A stretch of 32,000 bases of DNA from Pasteurella multocida (GTDB taxonomy: Bacteria > Pseudomonadota > Gammaproteobacteria > Enterobacterales > Pasteurellaceae), in contig NZ_LT906458.1 of the NCBI RefSeq assembly GCF_900187275.1, forward strand, positions 450,001 to 482,000, in the 5' to 3' direction. Below, piece by piece: positions 22,946-31,950 of the stretch. A program made the translations under genes and the position numbers. The notes below the pieces were generated by a model. That model saw nothing but the letters and a program-made list of their open reading frames with translations, searched no databases and was not told the DNA's origin. Every line of letters begins with the position of its first letter. Position 1 is the stretch's first letter.

Positions 22946-23905
22946 ATGAAAAAGTCTCTAAAGCTTTCAATCACTGCAGCATTAATGCTTTGCTCAAGCG
23001 CAGTCTTTGCTGCTGATAAAATTGTGACCATTGGTACCGGTGGTCAAACAGGGGTGTACTATGTTGTCGGTCAATCTGTTTGTCAATTAGTCAATCGTGA
23101 TTCCGCGAAAACCGGCGTAAAATGTAATGCGCCATCAACAGGTGGTTCCGTTGCAAACCTTAACTCAATTGCAAGTCATCAGATGGAACTCGGTATTGCG
23201 CAATCAGACTGGCAATATCACGCTTATAATGGTTCAAGCTCGTTTGAAGGCAAAAAAAATGAGAGATTAAGAGCGGTATTTTCTATCCACCCAGAACCAT
23301 TTACCTTAATGGCACGTACAGATGCAAATATTAAAGGATTTGATGATTTAAAAGGTAAACGTGTTAACGTCGGTGATCCAGGTTCTGGTACGCGTGCAAC
23401 CATGAATGTGGTTCTAGGTGCAAAAGGTTGGGATGCCTCCGCTTTTAAAGTGGCGTCAGAATTAAAACCGGCTGAAATGGCGTCTGTTATGTGTGATAAC
23501 AACTTAGATGCGATTACTTATAACGTAGGTCACCCAAATGGTGCATTAAAAGAAGCGGCAGCATCTTGTGATGCACATCTAGTGCCAATTACAGGACCTG
23601 AAATTGATAAATTAGTGGCAGAACACCCATATTATGCGAAAGCAACGATTCCAGGTGGTTTATATAAAGGTAGCGATAACCCAACAGAGACGTTTGGTGT
23701 ATATGCGACTTTAGTAACCTCTTCTGATGTGGATGCTGACAGTGTTTATGCGATTGTGAAAGCAGTTTTCGATAACTTCGATCGTTTTAAACGTTTACAC
23801 CCAGCATTCTCAAACTTAAAAGAAGAAGAAATGATTAAAAACGCACTTTCTGCTCCATTACATGATGGCGCGGTGCGTTACTATAAAGAAAGAGGTTGGT
23901 TGTAA
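22946..23905 (+). CDS. TRAP transporter solute-binding protein, TAXI family
   Basis: From MKKSLKLSITAALMLCSSAVFA-ADK the protein has a signal peptide. TAXI hallmarks are TIGTGGQTGVYY, STGGSVANL and PLHDGAVRYYKERGW. The RBS AAGGAAAA lies 8 nt upstream. The 44-codon N-terminal extension in the track ORF has no support. Confidence 0.88.
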   Translation: MKKSLKLSITAALMLCSSAVFAADKIVTIGTGGQTGVYYVVGQSVCQLVNRDSAKTGVKCNAPSTGGSVANLNSIASHQMELGIAQSDWQYHAYNGSSSFEGKKNERLRAVFSIHPEPFTLMARTDANIKGFDDLKGKRVNVGDPGSGTRATMNVVLGAKGWDASAFKVASELKPAEMASVMCDNNLDAITYNVGHPNGALKEAAASCDAHLVPITGPEIDKLVAEHPYYAKATIPGGLYKGSDNPTETFGVYATLVTSSDVDADSVYAIVKAVFDNFDRFKRLHPAFSNLKEEEMIKNALSAPLHDGAVRYYKERGWL

Positions 23906-23926
23906 TCTTTTTACCTCTCCATTTTT

Positions 23927-23961
23927 AAGGCAGGCAAGTTTCCTGCCTTTTTCCGTTTTTT
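23927..23961 (+). terminator. Intra-operon hairpin / partial terminator between the TRAP binding-protein and permease genes
   Basis: AAGGCAGG / CCTGCCTT (7-nt loop) is followed by TTTCCGTTTTTT. This position is typical of attenuators that set the ratio of binding protein to membrane subunit. Confidence 0.5.
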
Positions 23962-23987
23962 ATTTTTAGATGACGAGGAGTTTTAGC

Positions 23988-26600
23988 GTGTCAACAAAAA
24001 ATATCGATTATGATGATTTACAAGATATCGTCGCTTCAAGTGACACAGGAGGTCGTGATCCTGACGGTTTCCCGAAAAAATTAATTGCTGGTGTCGCGAT
24101 CTTATGGTCACTTTTTCAACTGTATTATGCTTCTCCTGCGCCATTTTGGTTGCAAGAGTTTTTGCGTAGTATTGGGGTCAATATCAATGTCGTTTTCGAT
24201 GATACAAAAGCCCGTTCTGTTCATCTTGCCTTTGCTTTATTTTTAGCTTATTTGTCTTACCCCGCCTTTAAATTTTCGCCGAAGCATCGTATCCCGTTAA
24301 CAGATTGGATCTTTGCTACCGCGGGAGCGTTTTTAGGATCGTACTACTTGTTCTTTTATGACGGCTTAGTGACACGTTTTGGCGCCCCAAACTTACAAGA
24401 TATTATTGCGGGTTGCATTGGCATTGTCTTATTACTTGAAGCGACACGCCGTAGCCTTGGTTTACCTCTAGTGATTATTGCGAGTATTTTTTTAACCTAT
24501 AACTATTTTGGGCAATATTTACCAACAGATTGGATCATTAGTCATCGTACAGGTTCACTTTCTCATATTATTAATCAACAATGGATTACTACAGAAGGGG
24601 TGTTTGGTGTGGCATTAGGGGTGTCCACTAAATATGTGTTCCTGTTTGTTCTCTTTGGGGCGTTATTGGATAAAGCAGGTGCCGGAAATTACTTCATTAA
24701 AAGTGCGTTTGCTTATTTAGGGCATTTGCGTGGAGGTCCAGCAAAAGCTGCGGTGGTGGCATCTGGTTTAACCGGCTTAATTTCGGGTTCTTCTATTGCC
24801 AATGTGGTCACAACAGGTACATTCACCATTCCTATGATGAAACGCGTCGGTTTTTCCGCGGAGAAAGCGGGTGCGGTAGAAGTGGCCTCTTCAGTGAATG
24901 GGCAAATTATGCCGCCTGTTATGGGAGCTGCCGCCTTTTTAATGATTGAGTATGTCAACATGCCATATAGCCAGTTGATTACGCATGCTTTTTTACCAGC
25001 GGTGATTTCATATATTGCACTGGTTTATATTGTGCACCTTGAAGCCTGTAAGATGAATTTACAAGGATTACCACGTACGGATGAACCAAAACCTTTTTTA
25101 AACACCTTACTTCGTGCATTAGGTACCTTTATTTTTCTTTGTGTGCTGTATTTTGCGGTTGAGTTTGGGCTAGGCTGGTTAAAAGTCGTCACGCCACATT
25201 ATGCATTCAGTATTGTGATTGCCTTACTGGCTGTCATTTATCTTTTATTATTGCGCCGTGTCGCGACATTCCCAGATCTTGAAATTGATGATCCGCATTC
25301 ACCTGTGGTGAAATTGCCGTCTGTTAGACCAACGATTAATGCGGGCTTACATTTCTTATTACCTGTGATTATTTTGATCTGGTGTTTAATGGTAGAGCGC
25401 TTATCTCCGGGCTTATCGGCATTCTGGGGCGCCTTATTCCTTATTGTGATTTTATTAACACAACGCCCATTATTAGCCTATTTCAGAAAACAGACTACTT
25501 TCCGTCGAGAGTTTAAACTCGGTTGGAACGATTTGGTGGAGGGACTCGAAGCCGGTGCCAGAAATATGATCGGAATCGGGATCGCTACTGCAACGGCAGG
25601 GATTATTGTTGGAGTAGTGTCACTAACTGGTTTTGGTGTGCAGCTTGCAACGATTATTGAAACGCTTTCAATGGGTAACATTTTCTTAATGTTATTATTG
25701 GTCGCTGGTTTTAGTTTGATTCTGGGGATGGGCTTGCCAACCACAGCAAACTACATTGTGGTGTCTTCTTTAATGGCAGTCGTGATTATTGAGGTTGGAC
25801 GCCAAAATGGCTTCATTGTGCCGTTAATTGCGGTGCATTTGTTTGTGTTCTATTTTGGTATTATGGCAGATGTCACGCCGCCTGTTGGTTTAGCTTCCTT
25901 TGCTGCATCGGCAGTATCAGGGGGAGATCCGATTAAAACGGGATTAACGGCTTTCTCTTATAGTTTACGTACTGCTATTTTACCGTTCTTGTTTATTTTT
26001 AATACTGACTTACTGTTAATTGATGTGAGTTTCTCGAAAGGCATTCTCGTCTTTATTACAGCCACGATTGGTATTCTCGCCTTTACAGCAGGGGCCGTCG
26101 GCTATTTCTTCCGTCGTAATAAATTATGGGAAAGCCTCGCTTTGTTTGTATTGGCTTTTGCTTTATTCCGTCCTGGTTTCTTCATGGAACATATTTCACC
26201 AACACAGCGTTATTTTGAACCAGCACAATTAACGCAAGAAGTACAACAAGCTTCGGTGGGTGATAATTTGACAATTAAAGTGTCGGGCTTAAATCCTTAC
26301 GGCAAGCAAATTGAATTCTATGCGCAATTGCCAATTGCAGAAGGACAAAGCGGTGAGGAACGTTTACAAAAAATGGGCTTGACCTTATTTGAACAAGAAA
26401 AACCAGAAGGCAAACAATTACTGATTGATGCTGTGGAGATTGATTCAATTGCAGCAAAAGTAGGATTGAATTGGGATCAAGTGGTGTTAGAAGGTTCAGT
26501 ACCTGTCAAAGATGCCCTTGCCAAAGAATGGTTATTTATTCCAACATTACTGTTATTGTTCATGTTAGCAATTTATCAACGTCGTCGTCAGCCAGCGTAA
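23988..26600 (+). CDS. TRAP transporter fused 4TM/12TM permease (TAXI-associated) with a C-terminal extra domain
   Basis: About 870 aa and highly hydrophobic, with DctQ-like and DctM-like halves in one chain. The start is ambiguous: GTG 23988 has a GAGGAG RBS 7 nt upstream, whereas ATG 23970 (the track start) has none. Confidence 0.88.
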   Translation: MSTKNIDYDDLQDIVASSDTGGRDPDGFPKKLIAGVAILWSLFQLYYASPAPFWLQEFLRSIGVNINVVFDDTKARSVHLAFALFLAYLSYPAFKFSPKHRIPLTDWIFATAGAFLGSYYLFFYDGLVTRFGAPNLQDIIAGCIGIVLLLEATRRSLGLPLVIIASIFLTYNYFGQYLPTDWIISHRTGSLSHIINQQWITTEGVFGVALGVSTKYVFLFVLFGALLDKAGAGNYFIKSAFAYLGHLRGGPAKAAVVASGLTGLISGSSIANVVTTGTFTIPMMKRVGFSAEKAGAVEVASSVNGQIMPPVMGAAAFLMIEYVNMPYSQLITHAFLPAVISYIALVYIVHLEACKMNLQGLPRTDEPKPFLNTLLRALGTFIFLCVLYFAVEFGLGWLKVVTPHYAFSIVIALLAVIYLLLLRRVATFPDLEIDDPHSPVVKLPSVRPTINAGLHFLLPVIILIWCLMVERLSPGLSAFWGALFLIVILLTQRPLLAYFRKQTTFRREFKLGWNDLVEGLEAGARNMIGIGIATATAGIIVGVVSLTGFGVQLATIIETLSMGNIFLMLLLVAGFSLILGMGLPTTANYIVVSSLMAVVIIEVGRQNGFIVPLIAVHLFVFYFGIMADVTPPVGLASFAASAVSGGDPIKTGLTAFSYSLRTAILPFLFIFNTDLLLIDVSFSKGILVFITATIGILAFTAGAVGYFFRRNKLWESLALFVLAFALFRPGFFMEHISPTQRYFEPAQLTQEVQQASVGDNLTIKVSGLNPYGKQIEFYAQLPIAEGQSGEERLQKMGLTLFEQEKPEGKQLLIDAVEIDSIAAKVGLNWDQVVLEGSVPVKDALAKEWLFIPTLLLLFMLAIYQRRRQPA

Positions 26601-26609
26601 GGAAAAACT

Positions 26610-27032
26610 ATGTTTAAGAAAATTTTAATTACTGCGGATTTAGGTCATTTAGAAGATGCAGAAAAGGCGGTGAAAACCGCCCTAGAAATGACACAAAATA
26701 ATCCTGATACGGTGTATCGTGTGATGAGTGTGGTGCCACCTTTTGGTAGCAGTTTTGTGTCCTCTTTTTTGCCGAAAAACTTCGATCAAGATGTTCTGAG
26801 TGAAGCCAATAAAGCCTTACACGCGTTTACTAAAAAGCATTTTCCTGAAGGGGCGAAAGTCCAACATATTTTAGCGCACGGTCCTGTTTATGAGGAAATT
26901 ATTCGGATTGCGAAAGAAAAAAATATTGATCTGATTATTATGATGGCAGTACGCGATAATAAAGAAGGATTGAGCTCGAATACTGTCAAAGTTGCGCGTT
27001 ATAGTGACAAACCGGTGTTGATCTTACGCTAA
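26610..27032 (+). CDS. Universal stress protein (UspA family)
   Basis: 140 aa with Usp architecture (KILITADL... N-terminus, DLIIM, G..S...VA....PVLIL C-terminus). It starts 9 nt after the permease stop with an AAGGAAAA RBS. Confidence 0.85.
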   Translation: MFKKILITADLGHLEDAEKAVKTALEMTQNNPDTVYRVMSVVPPFGSSFVSSFLPKNFDQDVLSEANKALHAFTKKHFPEGAKVQHILAHGPVYEEIIRIAKEKNIDLIIMMAVRDNKEGLSSNTVKVARYSDKPVLILR

Positions 27033-27046
27033 CGAGCCCTCAAAAG

Positions 27047-27079
27047 AAAATAGCTTGTTGAAAAACAAGCTATTTTTTT
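27047..27079. terminator. Bidirectional rho-independent terminator between the TRAP/usp operon (+) and ppnN (-)
   Basis: AAAATAGCTTGTT / AACAAGCTATTTT has a GAAA loop. It is flanked by an A-run on the left and a T-run on the right. A USS plus T8 follows at 27085. Confidence 0.8.
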
Positions 27080-27084
27080 CTCAA

Positions 27085-27093
27085 AAGTGCGGT
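27085..27093 (+). repeat. Uptake signal sequence core (AAGTGCGGT)
   Basis: Exact 9-mer followed by CTTTTTTTT, beside the bidirectional terminator. Confidence 0.8.
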
Positions 27094-27103
27094 CTTTTTT
27101 TTG

Positions 27104-28471
27104 CTATTTGACTAATTCATAGCAAGGCACATAATCATTTCCGTCAGGTAATTTCATGCGATGTTGAACAATAAAATCTTGTAAAACCTGATCGATTTTA
27201 TCCAAGAGTTCTGCATCCCCATGTAATTTAAATACCCCGTATTCTTCAATCGCATCTTGTGTTTCTGGTTTGATATTGCCTGCCACGATACCTGAGAAGG
27301 CGCGGCGTAAATTGGCGATCAGACCCAGTGTAGATTGATTACGGTGGAGATCAAGATTTGCCATATTTTCATGGGTAGGAATAAATGGTTGTTGGAAATC
27401 CGTTGGAATTTTCAGTGACCAATTAAAGCCATAAGCATCGCCGGTTTGATAGCGTTCCATTTTGACGTCATGCATCGTTTGGCTCATTTTTCTTGCCACT
27501 TTTACAGGGTCATCGATAATGATGTCATATAATGCTTGAGCTTCTTTACCTAATGTATCACCAATAAAGCGGTCAATCGTCGCGAAATAATCCGCACTTT
27601 CTTTTGGTCCCGTTAAAATTAAAGGTAATGTTTTGCCTTTATTTTCTTCTGCTAATTTGATGCCAAGAATATAAAGTAATTCCTCAAAAGTACCCGGTCC
27701 CCCTGGGAAAATCACAATGCCATGTCCCATACGCACGAATGCTTCAAGACGTTTTTCAATATCAGGCATAATAATTAATTCATTAACGATCGGATTAGGT
27801 GGCTCGGAAGCAATAATTGATGGCTCTGTAATCCCGATAAATCGGCTATGCTTATAGCGTTGGTTCGCATGACCAATTGCTGCCCCTTTCATCGGGGCTT
27901 CCATGACACCTGGTCCACAACCAGTGATAATATTCAATTCACGATGACCCAGTTCGGTGCCTACCGTACGACAATATTGATATTCCACTTGATTAATCGA
28001 ATGCCCTCCCCAACACACGACAAGATTTGGATGTTCACCAATCGGTAAGGCTTTAGCGTTACGCAAGATAGCAAACACCAAATTTGTGATGTGTTTACTG
28101 TCTTGAATATTGTCAGGGTTTAAACGTTGGCTCATCACATTGACAAATAAAATGTCACGCAGTACAGCAAACAAATGATATTGAATACTTCGAATAATGC
28201 GATCATCAACAAATGCTTCTTTGGGAGGATTATGTAGCTCAAGGGAAACACCACGTTCTCTTGCCACCAGATGAATATCAAAATCAGGGTATTTATTGAG
28301 CAATGCACGGCTATCATCCGTCACGGCACCAGAGTTTAAGACCGCCAGTGAACAATTACGATAAAGGGTATAAAGTTGACTTTTGGCTTTTTTGGTGAGT
28401 AGCTCGACCTCTAAATGAGAGAGCTGATCCATGCTTCCGCGTGGATTCACATAATAAATATTTTTATCCAT
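27104..28471 (-). CDS. ppnN: Pyrimidine/purine nucleotide 5'-monophosphate nucleosidase PpnN (YgdH, LOG family)
   Basis: 455 aa, collinear with E. coli YgdH ([82 protein letters not shown]). Confidence 0.93.
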   Translation of the reverse strand: MDKNIYYVNPRGSMDQLSHLEVELLTKKAKSQLYTLYRNCSLAVLNSGAVTDDSRALLNKYPDFDIHLVARERGVSLELHNPPKEAFVDDRIIRSIQYHLFAVLRDILFVNVMSQRLNPDNIQDSKHITNLVFAILRNAKALPIGEHPNLVVCWGGHSINQVEYQYCRTVGTELGHRELNIITGCGPGVMEAPMKGAAIGHANQRYKHSRFIGITEPSIIASEPPNPIVNELIIMPDIEKRLEAFVRMGHGIVIFPGGPGTFEELLYILGIKLAEENKGKTLPLILTGPKESADYFATIDRFIGDTLGKEAQALYDIIIDDPVKVARKMSQTMHDVKMERYQTGDAYGFNWSLKIPTDFQQPFIPTHENMANLDLHRNQSTLGLIANLRRAFSGIVAGNIKPETQDAIEEYGVFKLHGDAELLDKIDQVLQDFIVQHRMKLPDGNDYVPCYELVK

Positions 28472-28479
28472 AATTTCTC

Positions 28480-29319
28480 CTATTGACGAGCCAAACGCTG
28501 ATTGTCTGGAACCGCTTCAAAGTTAGAACGGAAAGGATTGATATCTAATCCCCCTCGTCGAGTATAACGTGCATAAACAGTGAGCTTGTCTGGTTTAGCA
28601 AATTGCATGAGATCACAAAAAATCCGTTCAACGCATTGTTCATGAAATTCATTATGTTGACGGAAAGAAATAATGTAACGTAATAGTTTCTCACGATCAA
28701 TTTGTTTGCCTTCATAACGAATCTGGAGCGTGCCCCAATCCGGTTGATTGGTAATTAAACAGTTGGATTTCAGTAGGTGGCTGACGAGTGATTCTTTCAC
28801 CATTTGATCATGAGTGCAATTTGTTAAGATCTCGGGATTAAACTGATAGTCGTTAATTTCAATGTCTTGTTGATCGATACATTCACCGGCTAATTCTACA
28901 ATGGGTTCATGACAATACTTTGACAACGGGTGCAATTTGACGCTGACTTTCCCTTTAGCACAATTGCTGAGATCTTGCGTTAAATGCTGTTGTACTTCCT
29001 CGAATGTGGCAAATTTGCTTTGGTTGAAACTGTTTAAATACAATTTAAAGCTTTTTGATTCGATTAAGTTTTCACTCTGGAAATCAATCGCGACATCGGC
29101 AATGGCGACTTGTGGGAGCCCATTTAAGTTTAGCCAAGAAATTTCATAAGCCGTCCAAATATCGGCACCAAAATGAAAGGGCTGTGTATGCGTGATGCCG
29201 AGCGTATCCCGATTTAAGTGACGTGGGACGGGTTGTAATAAAGTGCGGTCATAATTTGAAGCATATTGTGTTTGTTGACCCAGTTTGAGTTTGTCTAAGC
29301 TATCGTGTTGATACTGCAT
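28480..29319 (-). CDS. queF: NADPH-dependent 7-cyano-7-deazaguanine (preQ0) reductase, two-domain type
   Basis: From [11 protein letters not shown]... the protein is 279 aa and collinear with E. coli QueF ([62 protein letters not shown]). The RBS AAGGAAGG precedes ATG 29319. The 37 upstream codons of the track ORF are unsupported. Confidence 0.95.
   Translation of the reverse strand: MQYQHDSLDKLKLGQQTQYASNYDRTLLQPVPRHLNRDTLGITHTQPFHFGADIWTAYEISWLNLNGLPQVAIADVAIDFQSENLIESKSFKLYLNSFNQSKFATFEEVQQHLTQDLSNCAKGKVSVKLHPLSKYCHEPIVELAGECIDQQDIEINDYQFNPEILTNCTHDQMVKESLVSHLLKSNCLITNQPDWGTLQIRYEGKQIDREKLLRYIISFRQHNEFHEQCVERIFCDLMQFAKPDKLTVYARYTRRGGLDINPFRSNFEAVPDNQRLARQ
29241..29249 (+). repeat. Uptake signal sequence core (AAGTGCGGT)
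   Basis: Exact 9-mer inside queF (antisense to the gene). Confidence 0.8.
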
Positions 29320-29362
29320 CTTACCTTCCTTCATACGAATAATTGAGCGCTCATCATTTAAT

Positions 29363-30148
29363 TCATTGCCAATGCCATGATAAATTGGAAACAAGGCGAC
29401 AATCATCACATTTAAAATAAAACAAGTCAAAAAGTGGTTGGGCTAATTGCCATTTTTTCTGACATTGCGGACAACAACGTTGTTGTTCTTGCGCTAAGCT
29501 GTTGCCACCAATACGGTATAAATAATAGTAAGTCGGGATACCGGTATGCCGTTCGATTTCGTTGACCAAATAGCGTCCGTGTTTTGATAAGGTACTCTTA
29601 GGTTCTGAAATCTCTGCTAAAGCATATTGTTCTAATATACTGCCATTCATTTGCAGTTGATCACACGCCTGCCAATTCTCTTGCCATTTAATCACATCCA
29701 TACTCAGATGCGGAATGTCTTTTAAAACACGATACAACGGGATTGGGCACATATCTTCACCGCTATGCAGTGGTGAGCAAGATTGTAAGTGGGTGGTATA
29801 TAATACTTGCCAACTCACTTTTTCGTGTTGACTGGTTTGATCCGCGTTGAGATCGTCGGCAATCACTTGAAAACTATCGAAAAAGAGACCGCACTTGGTT
29901 GCGTGAGTAAGTGCATTTTCTACTGTTTGATTATTGTATTCCGGCAATAAGCTTTGCTGTTCAGGACAGATCAAGCGGATAGCCAAGCCCTGTTGCTCTT
30001 CTAGATTGGCAATATATAACGGAATTTCACGCCCAATAATCTGTCCGTTATAGCGCCATTGATCAATGAGTTGATTGAGCAAATAAACGGGATCTTGTGT
30101 GACATCATCTGTTGGGGTATAGCGAAAAAATGCTTCGATAAGGTACAT
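29363..30148 (-). CDS. Conserved hypothetical protein with a C-terminal Cys4 zinc ribbon (resembles the DUF2310 / COG3529 family, from memory)
   Basis: This is a 261-aa uninterrupted ORF ending in CPQC-17 residues-CDDC (about 29399-29473). I recognise no enzymatic motif. It is followed after 43 nt by queF and then ppnN on the same strand, with no intervening terminator. Confidence 0.6.
   Translation of the reverse strand: MYLIEAFFRYTPTDDVTQDPVYLLNQLIDQWRYNGQIIGREIPLYIANLEEQQGLAIRLICPEQQSLLPEYNNQTVENALTHATKCGLFFDSFQVIADDLNADQTSQHEKVSWQVLYTTHLQSCSPLHSGEDMCPIPLYRVLKDIPHLSMDVIKWQENWQACDQLQMNGSILEQYALAEISEPKSTLSKHGRYLVNEIERHTGIPTYYYLYRIGGNSLAQEQQRCCPQCQKKWQLAQPLFDLFYFKCDDCRLVSNLSWHWQ
29888..29896 (-). 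repeat. Uptake signal sequence core (AAGTGCGGT)
   Basis: Exact ACCGCACTT inside the Zn-ribbon protein gene. Confidence 0.8.
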
Positions 30149-30284
30149 AGTGGCATAGGATAATCATAAAAAGTGATTCATTTTAATCAATTTTTGTAAA
30201 ATTGCCGCCTATTTTTTTACGTGATTGGCTTAAAAGAGGAAAATCCCCTAAAATAGCGGCTCATTTTTAAAGGAAGGAATGCAC

Positions 30285-30596
30285 ATGCATCAACAAACAA
30301 AAATGCATTTACAACAGCTACAGTTGAATATGCAGTCATTAGGTTTATGGCAAATGACACCACCACCAGAAAGCGCTTTTTTAAGTGAACAACCTTTTGC
30401 GCTAGACACCATGAGCCCAACAGAATGGTTACAATGGATCTTTATTCCTCGTATGTATGCGTTAATCGAAAGTGAGGCAGGGTTGCCAAATAAAATCTCA
30501 ATTACGCCTTATCTTGAGGAGGCGCTGAAAGAAATGGATGGATTGGCTGATTTATTAAGTCCGATCAGCGAAATTGAAAAATTGCTGCAGAAATAA
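30285..30596 (+). CDS. yqcC: YqcC family protein (DUF446), usually encoded next to truC
   Basis: QPFALDTMSPTEWLQWIFIPRM matches E. coli YqcC (QPFFMDTMEPLEWLQWVLIPRM). The start is probably ATG 30285, 7 nt after the AGGAAGG RBS. ATG 30279 lies too close to the RBS. Confidence 0.85.
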   Translation: MHQQTKMHLQQLQLNMQSLGLWQMTPPPESAFLSEQPFALDTMSPTEWLQWIFIPRMYALIESEAGLPNKISITPYLEEALKEMDGLADLLSPISEIEKLLQK

Positions 30597-30599
30597 GTC

Positions 30600-31331
30600 A
30601 TGACATTAGAGATTTTATATCAAGATCCATATTTGATTGCTGTAAATAAACCAGCAGGTATGCTAGTCCATCGTAGTTGGTTAGATCGGCATGAAACACA
30701 ATTTGTCATGCAAACATTACGCGATCAAATAGGGCAGCATGTTTATCCTATTCACCGTTTAGATCGACCGACTTCAGGTGTTTTACTTTTCGCATTAAGT
30801 AGCGAAGTGGCAAATTTATTGTGTCTTCAGTTTGAAAATAAGCAAGTGCAAAAAAGTTATTTAGCGATTGTTCGAGGATATTTAGTCGGTGAGGGACGGA
30901 TTGATTATCCACTGAAAGTACAATTAGACAAAATTGCGGATAAGTTTGCCCAAGATGACAAGGCGCCACAAGAAGCGGTGACAGATTATCTCGGGTTAGC
31001 TAAAGTTGAAATGCCGTATTGTGTGAAAAAGTACCCAACAACGCGTTATTCGCTTGTGCGTTTAATTCCGCATACGGGGCGAAAACATCAGCTGCGTCGT
31101 CACATGAAACACCTTTTTCATCCTATTTTGGGAGATACACAATATGGTGATTTACACCAAAATCGTGCATTAACCACTCATACGGGCGTGCAACGTTTAA
31201 TGTTACATGCGGAACGATTGATTTTTACACACCCGATAACACAGCAGCAGATCACGATCTGTGCGGGTGTCGATCAACAATGGCTCGATTTGATTAATAT
31301 TTTTGATTGGGATTTAAATTCCATACATTAA
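30600..31331 (+). CDS. truC: tRNA pseudouridine(65) synthase TruC
   Basis: 243 aa from the RluA/TruC family, with the catalytic HRLDRPTSGVLLFA motif and the HQLRRH block. It starts 3 nt after yqcC, as in the E. coli yqcC-truC pair. Confidence 0.92.
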   Translation: MTLEILYQDPYLIAVNKPAGMLVHRSWLDRHETQFVMQTLRDQIGQHVYPIHRLDRPTSGVLLFALSSEVANLLCLQFENKQVQKSYLAIVRGYLVGEGRIDYPLKVQLDKIADKFAQDDKAPQEAVTDYLGLAKVEMPYCVKKYPTTRYSLVRLIPHTGRKHQLRRHMKHLFHPILGDTQYGDLHQNRALTTHTGVQRLMLHAERLIFTHPITQQQITICAGVDQQWLDLINIFDWDLNSIH

Positions 31332-31370
31332 GTATGGGTAACTGAATTTGTTTTTTCTAGGTGAAATGAA

Positions 31371-31535
31371 ATGTTAGATAATGCACTATTAGGTTTAACG
31401 CATGAGCAACAACAAGAGGCAGTTGAGAAAATACAACAGCTCATGGCTGAGGGGATGAGTTCAGGAGAAGCCATTGCATTTGTGGCACAAGAATTACGAC
31501 AAAAACAACAAAAATTAAATAATACACATTCTTAA
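31371..31535 (+). CDS. yoaH: UPF0181 family small protein YoaH
   Basis: My own translation gives [54 protein letters not shown] (54 aa). It matches E. coli YoaH ([36 protein letters not shown]). The RBS AGGTGA lies 6 nt upstream. The gene is below the ORF-track size cut-off. Confidence 0.82.
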   Translation: MLDNALLGLTHEQQQEAVEKIQQLMAEGMSSGEAIAFVAQELRQKQQKLNNTHS

Positions 31536-31740
31536 CTCGTTATGATTAAGTGAGGCGAATTGAGAAAACGTTTCCAAAATGCAAAAATTTTGTGATCTCG
31601 GTTTGATTTTAAACTATTTTTAATTGCCAAAAAGAGAAAATTCCTAGAAGATTACTCTGAATAAAATTTGGGTGGTAAGACAATCTTGTCTTATTAAAAT
31701 AAAAATAGTTAAAGTCGTTAGACGATTAGAGGTTTTAATT

Positions 31741-31950
31741 ATGGAAGTTGGTGTAGTTAAATGGTTCAATAACGCGAAAGGATTTGGATTCATTTCTGCA
31801 GAAGGAACAGACGCAGATATTTTTGCGCATTACTCAGTCATCGAAATGGAAGGCTACCGTTCATTAAAAGCGGGTCAAAAAGTACAATTTGAAGTCGTAC
31901 ATGGCGATAAAGGATCACATGCGACGAAAATTATTCCAATCGTTGAATAA
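31741..31950 (+). CDS. cspD: Cold-shock-domain protein CspD (stationary-phase replication inhibitor type)
   Basis: From MEVGVVKWFNNAKGFGFISAEG..DIFAHYS.I.M.GYR.LKAGQ.VQF.V..G.KG.HA the protein is 69 aa with RNP1 and RNP2 motifs, and it is closest to E. coli CspD. The track ORF's 23 upstream codons are unsupported, and the RBS AGAGG precedes ATG 31741. Confidence 0.92.
   Translation: MEVGVVKWFNNAKGFGFISAEGTDADIFAHYSVIEMEGYRSLKAGQKVQFEVVHGDKGSHATKIIPIVE

Noticed and set aside
15988-26457. Other nested ORFs from the track (for example 15988-16296, 16947-17150, 17794-17979, 18003-18188, 18323-18535, 19461-19799, 19778-20468 group, 21379-21900 group, 22030-22269, 22822-23031, 23224-23502, 24713-24961, 25478-25744, 26275-26457; also 27848-28048, 28135-28317, 28937-29149, 30217-30420, 30748-30969 further on)
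   Set aside because: All are antisense or frame-shifted relative to confidently identified genes. They are short, with no motifs.
29320-29430. N-terminal extensions of track ORFs (queF 37 codons; also yacL, wecA, ybjD, dinB, epmC, the TAXI protein and cspD)
   Set aside because: Homologues begin at the internal Met, the internal starts have good RBSs, and the extensions overlap upstream genes, USS or terminators.
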